Of a DNA stretch of 64,000 nt, positions 39,420 to 52,123 are shown in pieces. The translations under genes and the position numbers were made by a program. Below the pieces are notes generated by a model. That model ran no database searches, was not told where the DNA came from, and saw only the letters and a program-made list of their open reading frames with translations. Origin of the DNA: Octopus bimaculoides (taxonomy: Eukaryota); NCBI RefSeq assembly GCF_001194135.2, contig NC_068986.1, forward strand, positions 73,295,901-73,359,900, given 5' to 3'. The first letter of the stretch is position 1. Every line of letters begins with the position of its first letter.

Positions 39420-40670
39420 TTGGTCAGCCCAGGGTTGTCCAGAGTGCTGACAATTCTACCAAGCTTGCGACCTTCAATAATAATAATAATAATAATGATG
39501 ATATTAATAATAATGGTTTCAAATTTTGGGCCTTCAGAAGAAGGAGATAAGTCAATTACATCGATCCCTATGTTCAACCGGTTCTTATTTTATCAACCCC
39601 GTAAGGATGAAAGGCAAAATCAACCTTAGCCGAATTTGAACTCAAAATGGCATTTAGCATTTTACGTGATGTGCTAATGATTCTGCCAGCCCACCACCTT
39701 AATAATAATAATAATAATAATAATCCTTTCTACTACAGGTACAAGGCCTGGATTTCTGTGGGGTCTATAAATTATTATTATTATAGGCATAAAGACTGAA
39801 ATTTTGGGGGTAGGGTGTAAGTCAGTTACATCAACCCCCAGTACTCAACTGGTACTTATTTTATTGACTCCAAAAGGATGAAAGGCAAAGTCAACTTCAG
39901 CAAAATTTGAACTTGGAATGCAAACATGGATGAAATACTGCTAAGCATTTTGTCTGGTGTGTTAACAATTCTTCCAGCTCACTGCCTTAATAATAATAAT
40001 AATAATAATCATAATAATAATAATAATGATAATACAAATGATAATAATAATCCTTTCTACTATAGGTACTAGACCTGATGTTTTGGGGTAGGGGATAACT
40101 TGATTACATTAATCCCAGTGCTCAACTGGTACTTTATATTATTGATCCCGAAAGTATGAAAGATAAAGTTGACCCTGGCAGAATTTGAACTCAGAATGTA
40201 AAGACGGACGAAATGTCGCTAAGCTTTTTGCTTGGTGTGCTAATGATTCTGCCGTGAAGGCGCAATGGCCCAGTGGTTAGGGCAGCGGACTCGCGGTCAT
40301 AGGATCGTGGTTTCGATTCCCAGACCAGGCGTTGTGAGTGTTTATTGAGCGAAAACACCTAAAGCTCCATGAGGCTCCGGCAGGGGATGGTGGTGAACCC
40401 TGCTGTACTCTTTCGCCACAACTTTCTCTCATTCTTACTTCCTGTTTCTGTTGTGCCTGTAATTCAAAGGGTCAGCCTTGTCACACTGTGTCACACTGAA
40501 TATCCCTGAGAACTACGTTAAGGGTATATGTGTCTGTGGAGTGCTCAGCCACTTGCACGTTAATTTCACAAGCAGGCTGTTCCGTTGATCGGATCAACTA
40601 GAACCCTCGATGTCGTAAGCGACGGAGTGCCAACAACAACAATAATGATTCTGCCAGCTTGCTGCCTTAC
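39420..40670 (-). mobile_element. Head-to-tail cluster of 3-4 family B SINEs separated by (TAA)n
   Basis: Repeated GATGAAAGGCAAA..TTTGAAC..GCTAATGATTCTGCCAGC..CCTTAATAATAAT units. Confidence 0.85.
40254..40642 (+). mobile_element. SINE family C, full-length, young, inserted in a family B copy
   Basis: 13-bp TSD TAATGATTCTGCC at 40241-40253 and 40643-40655; (CAA)n tail; tRNA-like head with A and B boxes. Confidence 0.93.
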
Positions 40671-41396
40671 TAATATCATTAATAATAATGATTATGATGA
40701 TGATTAATAATAATAATAATAATAATAATAATGTGTATGTGTGTGTACATACACACACAGAGGCATAAGATTAAAACATTAACAGATTGACAGATCAATT
40801 GAATTGTAATGTTCATGAACAATAATAACAATTACACAAAAAAAAAAAAAACAGGATAAGGTTTATAGCATGCAAAATTTATGTTTTCGTGATGTTTTCC
40901 ATCACTAACATTTAATTACATAAACAGTATATAAAACAATAAATATATATGAACATTGCTCTGAGTTAAAAGCAAAAATGGTTGATAAGATCTAATACAG
41001 CTGAAACAGTTGACTTGGCTGAATTTACTCTTTTTGTTCTTGTTTGTGTCTATGACTTACAAAGAATTGTTAGAATTGAGGGCATAATGTAGTATTGATC
41101 AGAAGGAAACGCATGTGCATGCATGTGTCCCGGAAAACAATATCTAGTTTTGTTTTAGTTGCTGATGATCATGATGATAATGATGAGACTAAGTATATTA
41201 GCTACATTGCATGTAGCATGACTTTATTATAAAACTGAACAATGATATGCCAATTGTACATATTCTGGATGTAGACATTATTTAGTGTCATTTTGTTAGT
41301 ATTTTGGACATTAGCAAGAAGGTCATTGTGTACAACCTCTTGGAGCAAAGTAAGTGATGTTGTCTAAGATTCATAATTATCATAATTAACTAGTCG

Positions 41397-41556
41397 CAGG
41401 AGTGGCTGTATGGTAAGTAGCTTGCTTACCAACCACATGGTTCCGAGTTCAGTCCCACTGTGTGGCACCTTGGGCAAGTGTCTTCTACTATAGCCTCGGG
41501 CCGACCAAAGCCTTGTGAGTGGATTTGGTAGATGGAAACTGAAAAGAAGCCCGTCG

Positions 41557-41591
<35 letters not shown>

Positions 41592-41799
41592 ATGTTTGTG
41601 TGTCTGTGTTTGTCCCCCCACCATTGCTTGACAACCGATGCTGGTGTGTTTATGTCCCCGTAACTTAGCGGTTCGGCAGTAAGAGACCGATAGAATAAGT
41701 ACTAGGCTTAGAAAGAATAAGTCCTGGGGTCGATTTTCTCCACTAAAGGCGGTGCTCCAGCATGGCTGCAGTCAAATGACTGAAACAAGTAAAAGAGTA
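41397..41799 (+). mobile_element. SINE family A, full-length, young
   Basis: Near-consensus, internal (TA)n. Confidence 0.93.
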
Positions 41800-41869
41800 A
41801 CAATGAAACTATTTTCTTTTTAATACTCTCGTTTATATGAGTGAGTCATATAAATGGTAAAGTGTCTGA

Positions 41870-42087
41870 TATTGGTTTAAAATTTAGGCACAAGGCCAGC
41901 AGTTTTAAGGGTGGGGCTAAGTCAATAAGATTGATCCCAGTGCTTGACTGGTTCTTATTTATCAACCCCAAAAGAATGAAAGGCAAAGTTGACCCCAGCA
42001 GAATTTGAACTCAGAATGTAAAAATGGATGAAATTCTGCTAAACATTTTTCCTGGCATGCTAATGATTCTGCCAGTTCATTGCCTTA
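41870..42087 (-). mobile_element. SINE family B, CpG-decayed
   Basis: AATGAAAGGCAAAGTTGACCCCAGCAGAATTTGAACTCAG. Confidence 0.85.
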
Positions 42088-42419
42088 ACTTAGTGTATAA
42101 TATTGATTTGTACCTACATCTAATTAATTAAAATATACTAGTTAGTGCTTCTGACCATTGCATGCCCTCTCAGACTGGAGCAGTTTTGGCAGTTGATGTT
42201 TATTTGAAAATCAACAGGATGCAGAGGTAATTCCAGAAGGAATTATGTCCCTTTTGTGCTCTGAGTTCAAACCTTGTTGAGGGCTACTTTGCCTGTCATC
42301 CTTGTCCACATTCATAGAGCATGTCCAATACCTTGGTAGACACTGACACAATCTGTGCTCAACCCTCAGTCGAGAACTGTGTTGACAGGGGAGTTTGACT
42401 AGAGCAGTATGCCTGTTAA

Positions 42420-42837
42420 CCCTTCAGCATTCAGATTACTCTGTCAAATATAATGCTTATTTATTCACATTGCTTTGAATTAATCATGCATTATCTTGTA
42501 GCTTTGAGACTTCGACATTGATGATGATGATCATCATCTAACATCCGTTTTCCATGCTGGTTTGGGTTGGATGGTTTGACCAGGGCTGGCAAGCAGGGAA
42601 GCTACATCAAGTTCCAGTTTGATTTGGCTTAGTTTCTCTTGCTGGATGCCCTTCCTAATGCTAACCATTTTACAGAGTGTGCTGGGTGATTTTTACGTGG
42701 CACTGACATGGGTGCTTTTATGTATTTATTTTTAGAATGATATTGTAGGGTAGGTAGAAGAGGCTGGATTTGGCCAGCTTGAACATAAAACAAGTAGAAT
42801 TTTTGGGCCAGATATGGCTTGTTTAAATGCTAAAATG
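42420..42837. mobile_element. piggyBac-type MITE
   Basis: TTAA-CCCTTCAGCATT left end, AATGCTAAA right end; homologous to 61260-61480. Confidence 0.8.
42525..42725 (-). mobile_element. Family E LINE-tail repeat nested in the piggyBac MITE
   Basis: CATCATCTAACATCCGTTTTCCATGC...GGATGCCCTTCCTAATGC; absent from the MITE copy at 61260. Confidence 0.8.
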
Positions 42838-43809
42838 TTACACTGTAATGCAGGTGTCCCAACGTCAGTTCAGCATGGAAAGAAACCATGTGTTGCACAA
42901 AAGAGAAAAATCTCACTTGATCTTGATTATCAGTACAAATATGAACTAAAAATCATAGCCCAATGATCCTTTCTGAACAGTGGTGAGCAATCCATCTGCC
43001 AAGAGGTGTCAGAAAAGTTACGATAGAGATAATTGGCTTGTGGTGGACTAAAGTTCACAGTGACATCACTTTTTGATCCGTCAATGTTGGCTCTTCCTAT
43101 CATTGTGAAGCAAAACTTGCAAATCATTAAATTGTTCAACCACTAACAGGGAAGATGAGCTGAGTTTAGACTGTCATGAGACAAGTTAGAGTTTAGAGTG
43201 TCATGAGACAGGTTAGTTTTATCTCACCGATGTATCATATGTATGCAGCATCCTGATGAGGCTGATGCAATCAACTATATCATACTTTAAAAACCTATAG
43301 CTTTGTGTGCTTATACTAGGAATCAGTTTATTGTGTTTTCTTTATTACAATGTTCAGCACACTATGGTACACTGTTATTCTCTGACCTGATGTTAAATTG
43401 AAACTTTTCCTCTCCCTCTTGTTGTAGCCACTTTAGTCATTGTTAGCATTGGTGTTTATTATTGAGAAAATATCTCTGATGTTGGTGGTGGTGGTGGTGG
43501 TGGTGGAGGAGGAAACGATTGTGGTAGTGTTGGTTCAGACAGTTCACAGAACACAGATAGGTGCAACACTGAGTTGTAGAAAATTTGAACTACAGTTGTA
43601 TTTATGTGCGTTTACACTGGGTGTACATGTGTCTGTGTGTGTGTATGATATGTCTATATAATTGTCTAGGATGGGAGTGTATTAGTTGGAATAGTTCCAA
43701 TACTTTTATATTTCAAGTAAATGTTAGTTTATGTCTCAAAGACACAATTTATTTCAATATTTAATTGTTTGAATTATTCCTTTCATAAGATCTTGGCTCA
43801 TCATTCTGG

Positions 43810-44660
43810 CAATGCATTGAGCTGCTACCCAATATTGTAATACCTCTGAACTGGTACCTAACAAAGCAATGCTGCTGTATTACTCTCTTGAAATATAATA
43901 CCACTGAGCTAGTGCTTAGTAATATAATGCTATAGAGATGGTGTGTGGGAATGTAATACCACTGAGATGGTATCCAGCAATATAATGCCACAGAGCTATG
44001 TCAAGCAGTGTAATATTACTGAGCTGGTGTCTTGTAATGTAGTACAATTGAGGTGGTGTTTAGCAATATAGTATCATTAAATTGGTGTTTAGCAATGGTA
44101 TGTCACTAAGTTAGTATCTTGCAATGTAATTTTACTAAGCTGGGGTCTAGGTAAGTAGTACCACTGGGCTGAGGTCTAGGTTTGTAGTATCACCAAGCTG
44201 GTGTCTAACAATGTAACACATTTGACCTGGTATGGCTTAATGATTAGAGTGTTGAGCTCACAGTCATGAGGTAGTGAGTTCGATTTCCAGACTGGGTTGT
44301 GTGTTGTGTTCTTGAGCAAGACACTTTATTTCACATTGTTCCAGTTCACTCATTTGTAGAAATAAGTTGTGACATCACTGGTACCAAGCTGTATTGGCTT
44401 TTGTCTTTCCCTTGGATAACATTAGTACCATGGAGAAGAGAGGCTGGTATGCATGGGTAACTGCTGGTCTTCCATAAACAACCTTGCTTGGACTTGTGCC
44501 TTGGAGGTTAACTTTCTAGGTGCAATTCCATGGTCATTCATGACTGAAGGGGTGTCTTTACCCTTATACTATGGAGATGGTATACAGCAATGTAATATTT
44601 GTTGGGTAGTGTCTAACTATGACATACCATTGAGGTTGTGTGTAGCAATACAATAAGTCA
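43810..44660. repeat. Degenerate 29-bp minisatellite, interrupted by a family D SINE
   Basis: Consensus about AATGTAATACCACTGAGCTGGTGTCTAGC; array resumes after 44560. Confidence 0.8.
44231..44556 (+). mobile_element. SINE family D
   Basis: TGGCTTAATGATTAGAG head, TTCTTGAGCAAGACACTTTATTTCAC. Confidence 0.87.
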
Positions 44661-44710
44661 TCAAATGAGTTCACTAAAGCTACTACATTTAAGATGAAGA
44701 TTTATATAGA

Positions 44711-44930
44711 TGACCGTGGCCGTTGCCAGTACTGCCTGACTGGCCTTCGTGCTGGTGGCATGTAAAAGCACCCACTACACTCTCAGAGTGGTTGGCATTA
44801 GGAAGGGCATCCAGCTGTAGAAACTCTGCCAAATCAGATTGGAGCCTGTTGTAGCCATCTGGTTCACCAGTCCTCAGTCAAATCGTCCAACCCATGCTAG
44901 CATGGAAAGCGGACGTTAAACGATGATGAA
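44711..44930 (+). mobile_element. Family E LINE-tail repeat
   Basis: AAAAGCACCCACTACACTCTC..GGCATTAGGAAGGGCATCCAGCTGTAG..GACGTTAAACGATGATGA. Confidence 0.8.
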
Positions 44931-45209
44931 GATTTACATAGATGTAAAAGCAGCGAAGGGTCAGAAATTGTATGCCTTGCAATGTTTGGTTACATCTCTG
45001 TATGTTCCAATTTGGACTCCTTCTCTGTGTCCATTAAGTCTTTCATAGGTCCAGAAATCAATGAATTACGTAGTGAGTCTATTTAGTTGATTGATGTGCC
45101 TTTCAAAGCTTTTTAAAGTCATTATATGTAATCACCAGATCAACAGATAAATATATACTATGCCATATTTTTGTAGTTACCAACTAAATATACATTGTAT
45201 CCTTATGTA

Positions 45210-45542
45210 TGTGGTTTGGTCAATAAGTATCCAGACTGTTGCTATAGTAACAAAGCTAAAGCACACAGAGTGAAGCTGATTGGCACAGATCGACCTTGAA
45301 CTCTGCTGTGCATGTGCATTAAGCTTTAATGTTCTAGCTCACTTCTGCTGTTTACAGTGATGGTCACATGCTACATACTTTCCTTCCAAGCACTGATGTA
45401 AACAGTGGAAGTGAGCTAGAACATTAAAAGTTAGTCACATGCACAGCAGGGGTCAAGGTCAATCTGTGCCAAGTAGCTTTACTCTGTGTGCATTAACTTC
45501 GTTACTATGGCAACAATCCAGATACTTATTGATCAGACCTCA
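45210..45542. mobile_element. Mariner MITE of the same family as 14168-15068
   Basis: TA-flanked; arms of about 145 bp (CAATAAGTATCCAGACT / CCAGATACTTATTGATCAGACCTCA) with a short spacer. Confidence 0.9.
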
Positions 45543-45621
45543 TATAGTTACCAATCAAATATTCACTATGTTCTTGTGTGTGTGTAGTTTACCAGTAAAT
45601 ATAAATTTTTCAGTTATATTC

Positions 45622-45838
45622 TTTTACTCTTTTATTTGTTTCAGTTATTTGACTGTAGCTATGCTGGAGCACCACCTTGAAGGGATTTTAGTCAAACAAA
45701 TCTGCCTCAGGACTTATTTTTTTTAAAGCCTAGTACTTATTCTATTGGTCTCTTTTGCCAAACTGCTAAGTTACGGGGACGTAAACACACCAACATAAGT
45801 TGTCAAGCGATGGTGTGGGGGGCAAACACTGACACAAA

Positions 45839-45897
<59 letters not shown>

Positions 45898-46052
45898 TGG
45901 GCTTCTTTCAGTTTCTGCCTAAAAAGTCCACTGACAAGGCTTTGGTTAGCTCAAGGCTATAGTTGAGGACATTTGCTCAAGGTGCTATGCAGTGGGACTG
46001 AACCTGGAACCATGTGGTTGGGAAGCTCGCTTCTTACCACACAGCAACACTT
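45622..46052 (-). mobile_element. SINE family A, full-length
   Basis: Revcomp match, internal (CA)n. Confidence 0.88.
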
Positions 46053-46865
46053 ACATATATATTTTATATATAGAAACTTAAAAAATGTTGTAACTGTTAG
46101 CCAAAATTAGCAAATACTATGAGAGGTTACCCAAGTAAACTACTTCTTTCAGTTACGAAAGTAATCTTCCATGTAATATTTTCTATTAATTTCAGGGCCT
46201 GTAATAAGCTCATAGTTCAAGAGCTGAAATAAGTTCCCATGTAGTATGATCTATTTAATTCAGGCACAGTAATAGGCTCTCTTATGTTACTTTGTATTTT
46301 GTTCAGGTGTTGAAGTCAGCACCCATGTGATACAACCTATTTAGTTCAGGCCCTGTAAAAGGATCTTATGCGGTATCAACCATATTTAAATGTTGTTTTA
46401 CCAAATATAGTTTCATAGATGCTCCATGCTGTAAGTTTGCTAAAATGTTTTCTCTTGTTCTTTTACTTCCTCTAAGAAAGGCTTGAATGTCACAGGTTAC
46501 TCCTTCAAATGCGGCAAAGCTTTAAATCTTCTTGATTGATTAAAACAAGATTACTAATTCATAGAAATTTTTATTACTATTTCATAGAAAGTTTGAGATT
46601 AAATTAAGTAAGTTGGGATGTGGAAGAGAGATAGGAGGGATAAAGATCAAAGGAGAGATAGCAGGAGATAAGGTATAGACCAGAGAATAAACAGGTGGGG
46701 AAAAAGTATGAACCAAGAGATAGATTGGGTGGAGGGATAAGTTATGGCCCAGAGAAGAGATAGGGGTGGATAAGGATGAGAGATTTAGTAAACTGGGATT
46801 TTCAAGTTTGACCCCTATCTCATTCCACCTTATTTTACTCATAAAAATTGGTTTTTGTTTCATAG

Positions 46866-47080
46866 TACTCTTTTACTTGTTTCAGTCATTTGACTGCGGC
46901 CATGCTGGAGTACCGCCTTTAGTCGAGCAAGTCGACCCCAGGACTTATTCTTTGTAAGCCTAGTACTTATTCTATTGATCTCTTTTGCCGAACCGCTAAG
47001 TTACGGGGATGTAAACACACCAGCATCAGTTGCCACGATGTTGGGGGGGACAAACACAGACACACAAAAACACACACACA

Positions 47081-47139
<59 letters not shown>

Positions 47140-47301
47140 GATGGGCTTCTTTCAGTTTCCATCTACCAGATCCACTCACAAGGCTTTGGTCAGCCCGAGG
47201 CTTTAGTAGAAGACACTTGCCCAAGGTGCCATGCAGTGAGACTGAACCCAGAACCATGTGGTTGGTAAGCAAGCTACTTACCACACAGCCACTCCTGCGC
47301 C
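46866..47301 (-). mobile_element. SINE family A, full-length, young
   Basis: Near-consensus. Confidence 0.93.
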
Positions 47302-47397
47302 TAGCAAATATTTTTAGCACAGACACAAGATCACACACTAATGGTTGCACCTCTATTAGCTGAAGAAGATATCTGCTGATTGTGATTGTCAGCATTC

Positions 47398-47630
47398 TAT
47401 CTTTTATCTTTGACCTGTTTCAGTCATTAGACTACAGCCATGCTGGGGCTCTACCTTGAAGAATTTTTTAGTTGAATGAATCAATTCCAGTACTTTTTTT
47501 TTTAAAGTATAGTACTTATTATATCAATTGCTTTTGCTGAACTGCTATGTTACAGGGACAAAACATACCAACACTGATTGTCTGATTGTCAAGCAGTGGT
47601 GGGGGACAAACACAGACACAAAGACCCACA
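47398..47630 (-). mobile_element. SINE family A, 3' half
   Basis: Revcomp match, CpG-decayed. Confidence 0.78.
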
Positions 47631-48381
47631 CAGTGGTGGATTGGGTCTAAAAATTTTAGTTGCCAGGAGACTCAGGGGGCCCACCTGCAACTAAAATGCT
47701 ATCATTTAATTTTTATAATGAATAAATAAAATTTTCAAAACATACATAAGTGGAAACAAAAAGGTGCAATTCAAATTTTGGTGAAAAAAAAATTGTATGT
47801 TTTTCATTAATTACAATGTCCATGTACTGTACATACTACTGGCAGTATACAGTTATACCAATTGTAAATTCATAATGAACTTTTAAATAAATGTTTTGGT
47901 GAATATATAGTATACTGTTATTTTGAAAATAAAGACCAATAAATCTATAAATCAATTTCATTATTTTTAATGAAGACTTTTTACTGTCAAAGAGATAGCT
48001 ATGTTTTCTTATGAAAATCATGGCATTGTAGCCAATATCATATCTTCATATATATACATCATTTGTTTGTTTGTTTGCTCTTTGCAAAAGAGATTTCTTT
48101 CAAACAGCTTGTTCATATTTTGTTTTTAATTAAACGTACATATGCCAAGAATTCTATCGCCACCACTTTGATTGCTCCTGCAATAAAGTATAAATTTACA
48201 TGATTTTGATTTCTTCTAGTTTTAATATTATTTTTCCTTCTATTATTCTTTTTTCCTTGCTCTTGCCATTACTTTTTTTTTTATAAAGCCCTTATAACAT
48301 TTTCAAAATAGCAGTATATTATACATGTACCAAGTTTTTAGAATTTTAAATAATTGGTAGATATTTTAAAATTGTTTACTT

Positions 48382-48878
48382 GTACTCTTTTACTTATTTC
48401 AGTCATTTGACTGTGGCCATGCTGGAGCACCGCCTTTAGTTGAGCAAATCGACCCCAGGACTTATTCTTTGGAAGCTCAGTACTTATTTTATCAATCTCT
48501 TTTGCCGAACCGCTAAGTTACGGGGCCGTAAACACACCAGCATCGGTTGTCAAGCGATGTTGGGGGGACAAACACAGACACACAAACACACATATATATA
48601 TATATACATATATACGACGGGCTTCTTTCAGTTTCCGTCTACCAAATCCACTCACAAGGCTTTGGTCGGCTCGAGGCTATANNNNNNNNNNCATATATAT
48701 ATATATACATATATACGACGGGCTTCTTTCAGTTTCCGTCTACCAAATCCACTCACAAGGCTTTGGTCGGCTCGAGGCTATAGTAGAAGACACTTGCCCA
48801 AGGTGCCACGCAATGAGACTGAACCGGAACCATATGGTTGGTAAGCAAGCTACTTACCACACAGTCACTCCTGCACCT
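48382..48878 (-). mobile_element. SINE family A spanning a 10-N gap
   Basis: Near-consensus; about 90 bp duplicated across the gap. Confidence 0.9.
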
Positions 48879-48950
48879 AGTACTGCACATATTACACATT
48901 AATAGATAGTTCAAATGTACAAAACATGCAGTCCACTATATTAAGAGTGC

Positions 48951-49138
48951 TTATTTGTGTTCACTAGATGATCGTGCAAATCTGTCAATAATTGGTGTAT
49001 GTGGTGGTTGTGGTATTATAAAATCTGCAATAGAACTGCACCACTTGGCTGACTCCTGCCTTTCTGCTTCTTGTTGCTCTTTGTGTTTCAGTGATCCAGA
49101 TTTGTTTTTACTTTTCCATGCTGTTAGAGGTAATATTC
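48951..49138 (-). CDS. Candidate terminal coding exon of an unidentified gene
   Basis: Acceptor TTTTAATATCAG|GA, then 61 open codons ILPLTAWKSKNKSGSLKHKEQQEAERQESAKWCSSIADFIIPQPPHTPIIDRFARSSSEHK*; non-repetitive and protein-like; no family recognised. Confidence 0.55.
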
Positions 49139-50657
49139 CTGATATTAAAATTTAAAACTTAATTAAAAATACCTTACACTGGAAAAAATGAACATTTACA
49201 AATTTTCATACATAAATACTAATACATTATTAGGATTACTAGAATAAATATACTAGGATTATATATTTAAAAAATAATATTTTAGTTACTGTTTAACCAT
49301 GTTGGTTGAATGGTTGACATAACTTAAAACCAGATATATAGTATTATTCACCCTCATAACTTTGAGTTATCATTTTTATGCAGGAGATAAAAGCCAAAAT
49401 TTGAAACATTATCTCCTTAGATTTTTTTTCTTCATGAAATGGCTTGACAATGAGCAATAATTCTTAAAACCAAATATTTTAATCCTTTGGTGTCTGCATT
49501 ATTTCTGCTCTATATACTTTCAATGTCTGAATTTGTAGGTAAAAAATGAAAATCAATATATTTATGCATTATGCAGTTAAGGAGAAGAAGTTATTGAGGT
49601 GGAGTTTCGGACATCCACATAAGTTTAATTTTCTCTGTTTTGATGGGGATTTTTCCAATTTTATTTTTCACTAAGGCCTTCGAAATGATGTAGTGAAGGA
49701 GACTTTTTATGAAAAAAGTTTTAAAAATCTATTACTTTTTTCCACCTCACTCTCATCCTCCTGGCTGATATTAGGCCAATTTTTTGGCACTATGCACTTA
49801 GAAACCATGAGAGAAGCTTTTTTGGTTAAAAAAAAAACAAATTGTAAATATTTCAACCTAAAAGGTGTGTGATTTAAGGGAGATTTGGCTGTTGTTTCAA
49901 GCATATCTCACAACTACATTCCTCATTTCTTTGTCACTGTCATATGTATTGATGTTTTTCAATCACTTTCTTCGCCAAAACACATTTTATGCAATGATGA
50001 TGTGGAAGCGAAACATGCATGGTACAAAGCAACAAAAAAAAAAAATTAGAAATTTAAATCCCACCCCCAGCCAAGCGAGGCTGTGTGTGTGTGTGTGTGT
50101 GTGTATATAAGAAAACATATTTACTGACAAAAAAGTATGCTATTAAAATAAATTGTTTTAGATATCTTTTTTAAATTACTGTGGATAAATTCCAGCACTG
50201 ATCTTCTCAGCTTCTCCAATATTTTGAAATCATAAACAGAAACAACAAGGTGTGATAAAATCAGAAATTTTCAAACTTTTTTTTAATAGCATAAAATGTG
50301 CTTATATAGGGAGAAAAATACTGAAAAAAGGAGGGGAAGGGAGGGAGATGAGAAAAAAAATTTAGGCGTAGTGAAAATGAAATTGGAAAAACCACCACCA
50401 AAACAGAAAATCCACCATGTTGATATTCTGTTCCAAAACTACCATTATTGAAATTAGATATTACTCATTTTGCCCCAATTTAGATATCATTTTTTTGAGA
50501 ATGAAAAATTAATCAAATTAGACATTAGGGTGGAAAAAATTGACATGGAATCTTACAGAGAAAAGAACATTAATTGTTCAACACCAAAAAATATCCAGAT
50601 ATTTTATTAACAATCTCAATTACAATTGAGTTGAAGTTGAGGAAAAATTTCTTGTAC

Positions 50658-50710
50658 CTGTCACCTGATTGTGTTTCGAAACAACTCTCTTAACTTCAAC
50701 AACAACCTTA
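50658..50710 (-). CDS. Possible 53-nt internal exon (KVVVEVKRVVSKHNQVT)
   Basis: AG/GT boundaries, open frame, phase-compatible with the 48951 exon; weak splice signals. Confidence 0.25.
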
Positions 50711-51186
50711 CTGACCAATTTTTACTCCCAAAGATGATGCAACAAAATAAATGATGCAATATTTGCAGTGTAATAATTTCAAACAGGCAAGAAGAAAATA
50801 AGAAATCAGAATTACTTATTTTGCCCCACCCCCTATAGTAATTTCAAATGTTTGATGAATTAGAATAATACAAAATGAGGAAAAATAGAGACCAAAGAAA
50901 GAAGGGAAAAGGTTCAATTTAATGAAAAACATTTGAAGAGATACGCAATAATTCTACTCCACCACTAATGTTTTTAGCTATTGGGAGATGTAATACACAC
51001 ATACACACTCTCTCACGCATACATATGTCAATTATAATCTGCTTCTGGTTTTATTGCTTGTTGTGTGGAGGCTAATAACTGTTAGGCTCAACCCAATGCC
51101 AGCTAGGATGTTTGTGTGCTTATATATATACATATATATATATATATATCAAAAGGATGTGTTATGATACTATTCCACATATACAA

Positions 51187-51270
<84 letters not shown>

Positions 51271-51310
51271 CGTACATATATATATATATATATACACAAA
51301 GATGCATGTG

Positions 51311-51353
<43 letters not shown>

Positions 51354-51699
51354 ATATATGCATTAATATGTATATAAATTTAGTTACACTTTATCACCAC
51401 TGACTATCTGTCTGCTGCATCATATATTTTGGTTTCTAATAATTCCCAAAGGAATTCTTTGACCAACTGCTTTGATTAATTGTTTTATTTGTTTTTTAAA
51501 ATTCTTATTCTTTCACTAAGATTTCAAATATTTTCTTTGAAAGCAAAGTTTTTTTCATGGGCCCCTTACATACTAGCATGTCCCTCAGCCCATATATGGA
51601 CTGTAATGTCTAAGGGTCCCACTTGCCATTGGACAAACTGACAACCTGCCATTGGGCAAGTCTGCCACTGCACACACACACACACACACACATATATAC

Positions 51700-51890
51700 A
51701 CATTATACATGCACACATACATGCACGACAGGTTTCTTTCAGTTTCAGTCTACCAATTCCACTCACAAGTCTTTGGTTGCCTTGAGGCTATAGTAGAAGA
51801 CACTTGCTCAAGGTGCCATGCAGTGGGACTGAACCCAGAACCATCTGGCTGGAAAGCAAGTTTATTACCACAGAGCCATGCCAGAGCCTA
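51700..51890 (-). mobile_element. SINE family A, 5' half
   Basis: Revcomp match. Confidence 0.8.
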
Positions 51891-52123
51891 TAACATGGAA
51901 TAGACTATTATACACACATGTACACACACAAACACACATGCACCAACTATTACATTGTATCCTGAATTTGACTACACACACACACACACACACACACACA
52001 ATTACATTGCAGCCTGTAAATAGAACTAGAGTGTTGATTCAATGGTAAGATGAGCCAAGATAATTTGAAAACTCTGAGTTGAGGTTGACTACCTTCTCTA
52101 TCATTACAAGTAGAATTGAACAT

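Larger units (their letters stand above)
42355..43232 (+). pseudogene. Decayed 28S rRNA fragment (3' region), split by a MITE
   Basis: GGGGAGTTTGACTAGAGCAGTATGCCTGTTAA | GTAATGCAGGTGTCC..CTTGATCTTGATT..GAGGTGTCAGAAAAGTTAC..TGTTGGCTCTTCCTATCATTGTGAAGCA..GAGACAGGTTAGTTTTA, colinear with conserved eukaryotic 28S as recalled. Confidence 0.9.

Noticed and set aside
40254-40330. tRNA-like sequences at SINE heads (families A, C, D, G)
   Set aside because: They continue into SINE bodies with tails and TSDs and lack a closed acceptor stem; not tRNA genes
43248-43275. CTGATGAGGCT as a second hammerhead core next to the 28S relic
   Set aside because: No GAAA, stem III or stem I partner found
43810-44660. 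CRISPR-like periodic repeat
   Set aside because: Contiguous degenerate units with no unique spacers, no cas genes, and eukaryotic context
46165-46370. Three similar units of about 45 bp
   Set aside because: Irregularly spaced, degenerate minisatellite with nothing further to support a function
48592-48781. Exact duplication of about 90 bp inside a SINE
   Set aside because: Identical copies on either side of a 10-N gap; typical unmerged contig overlap
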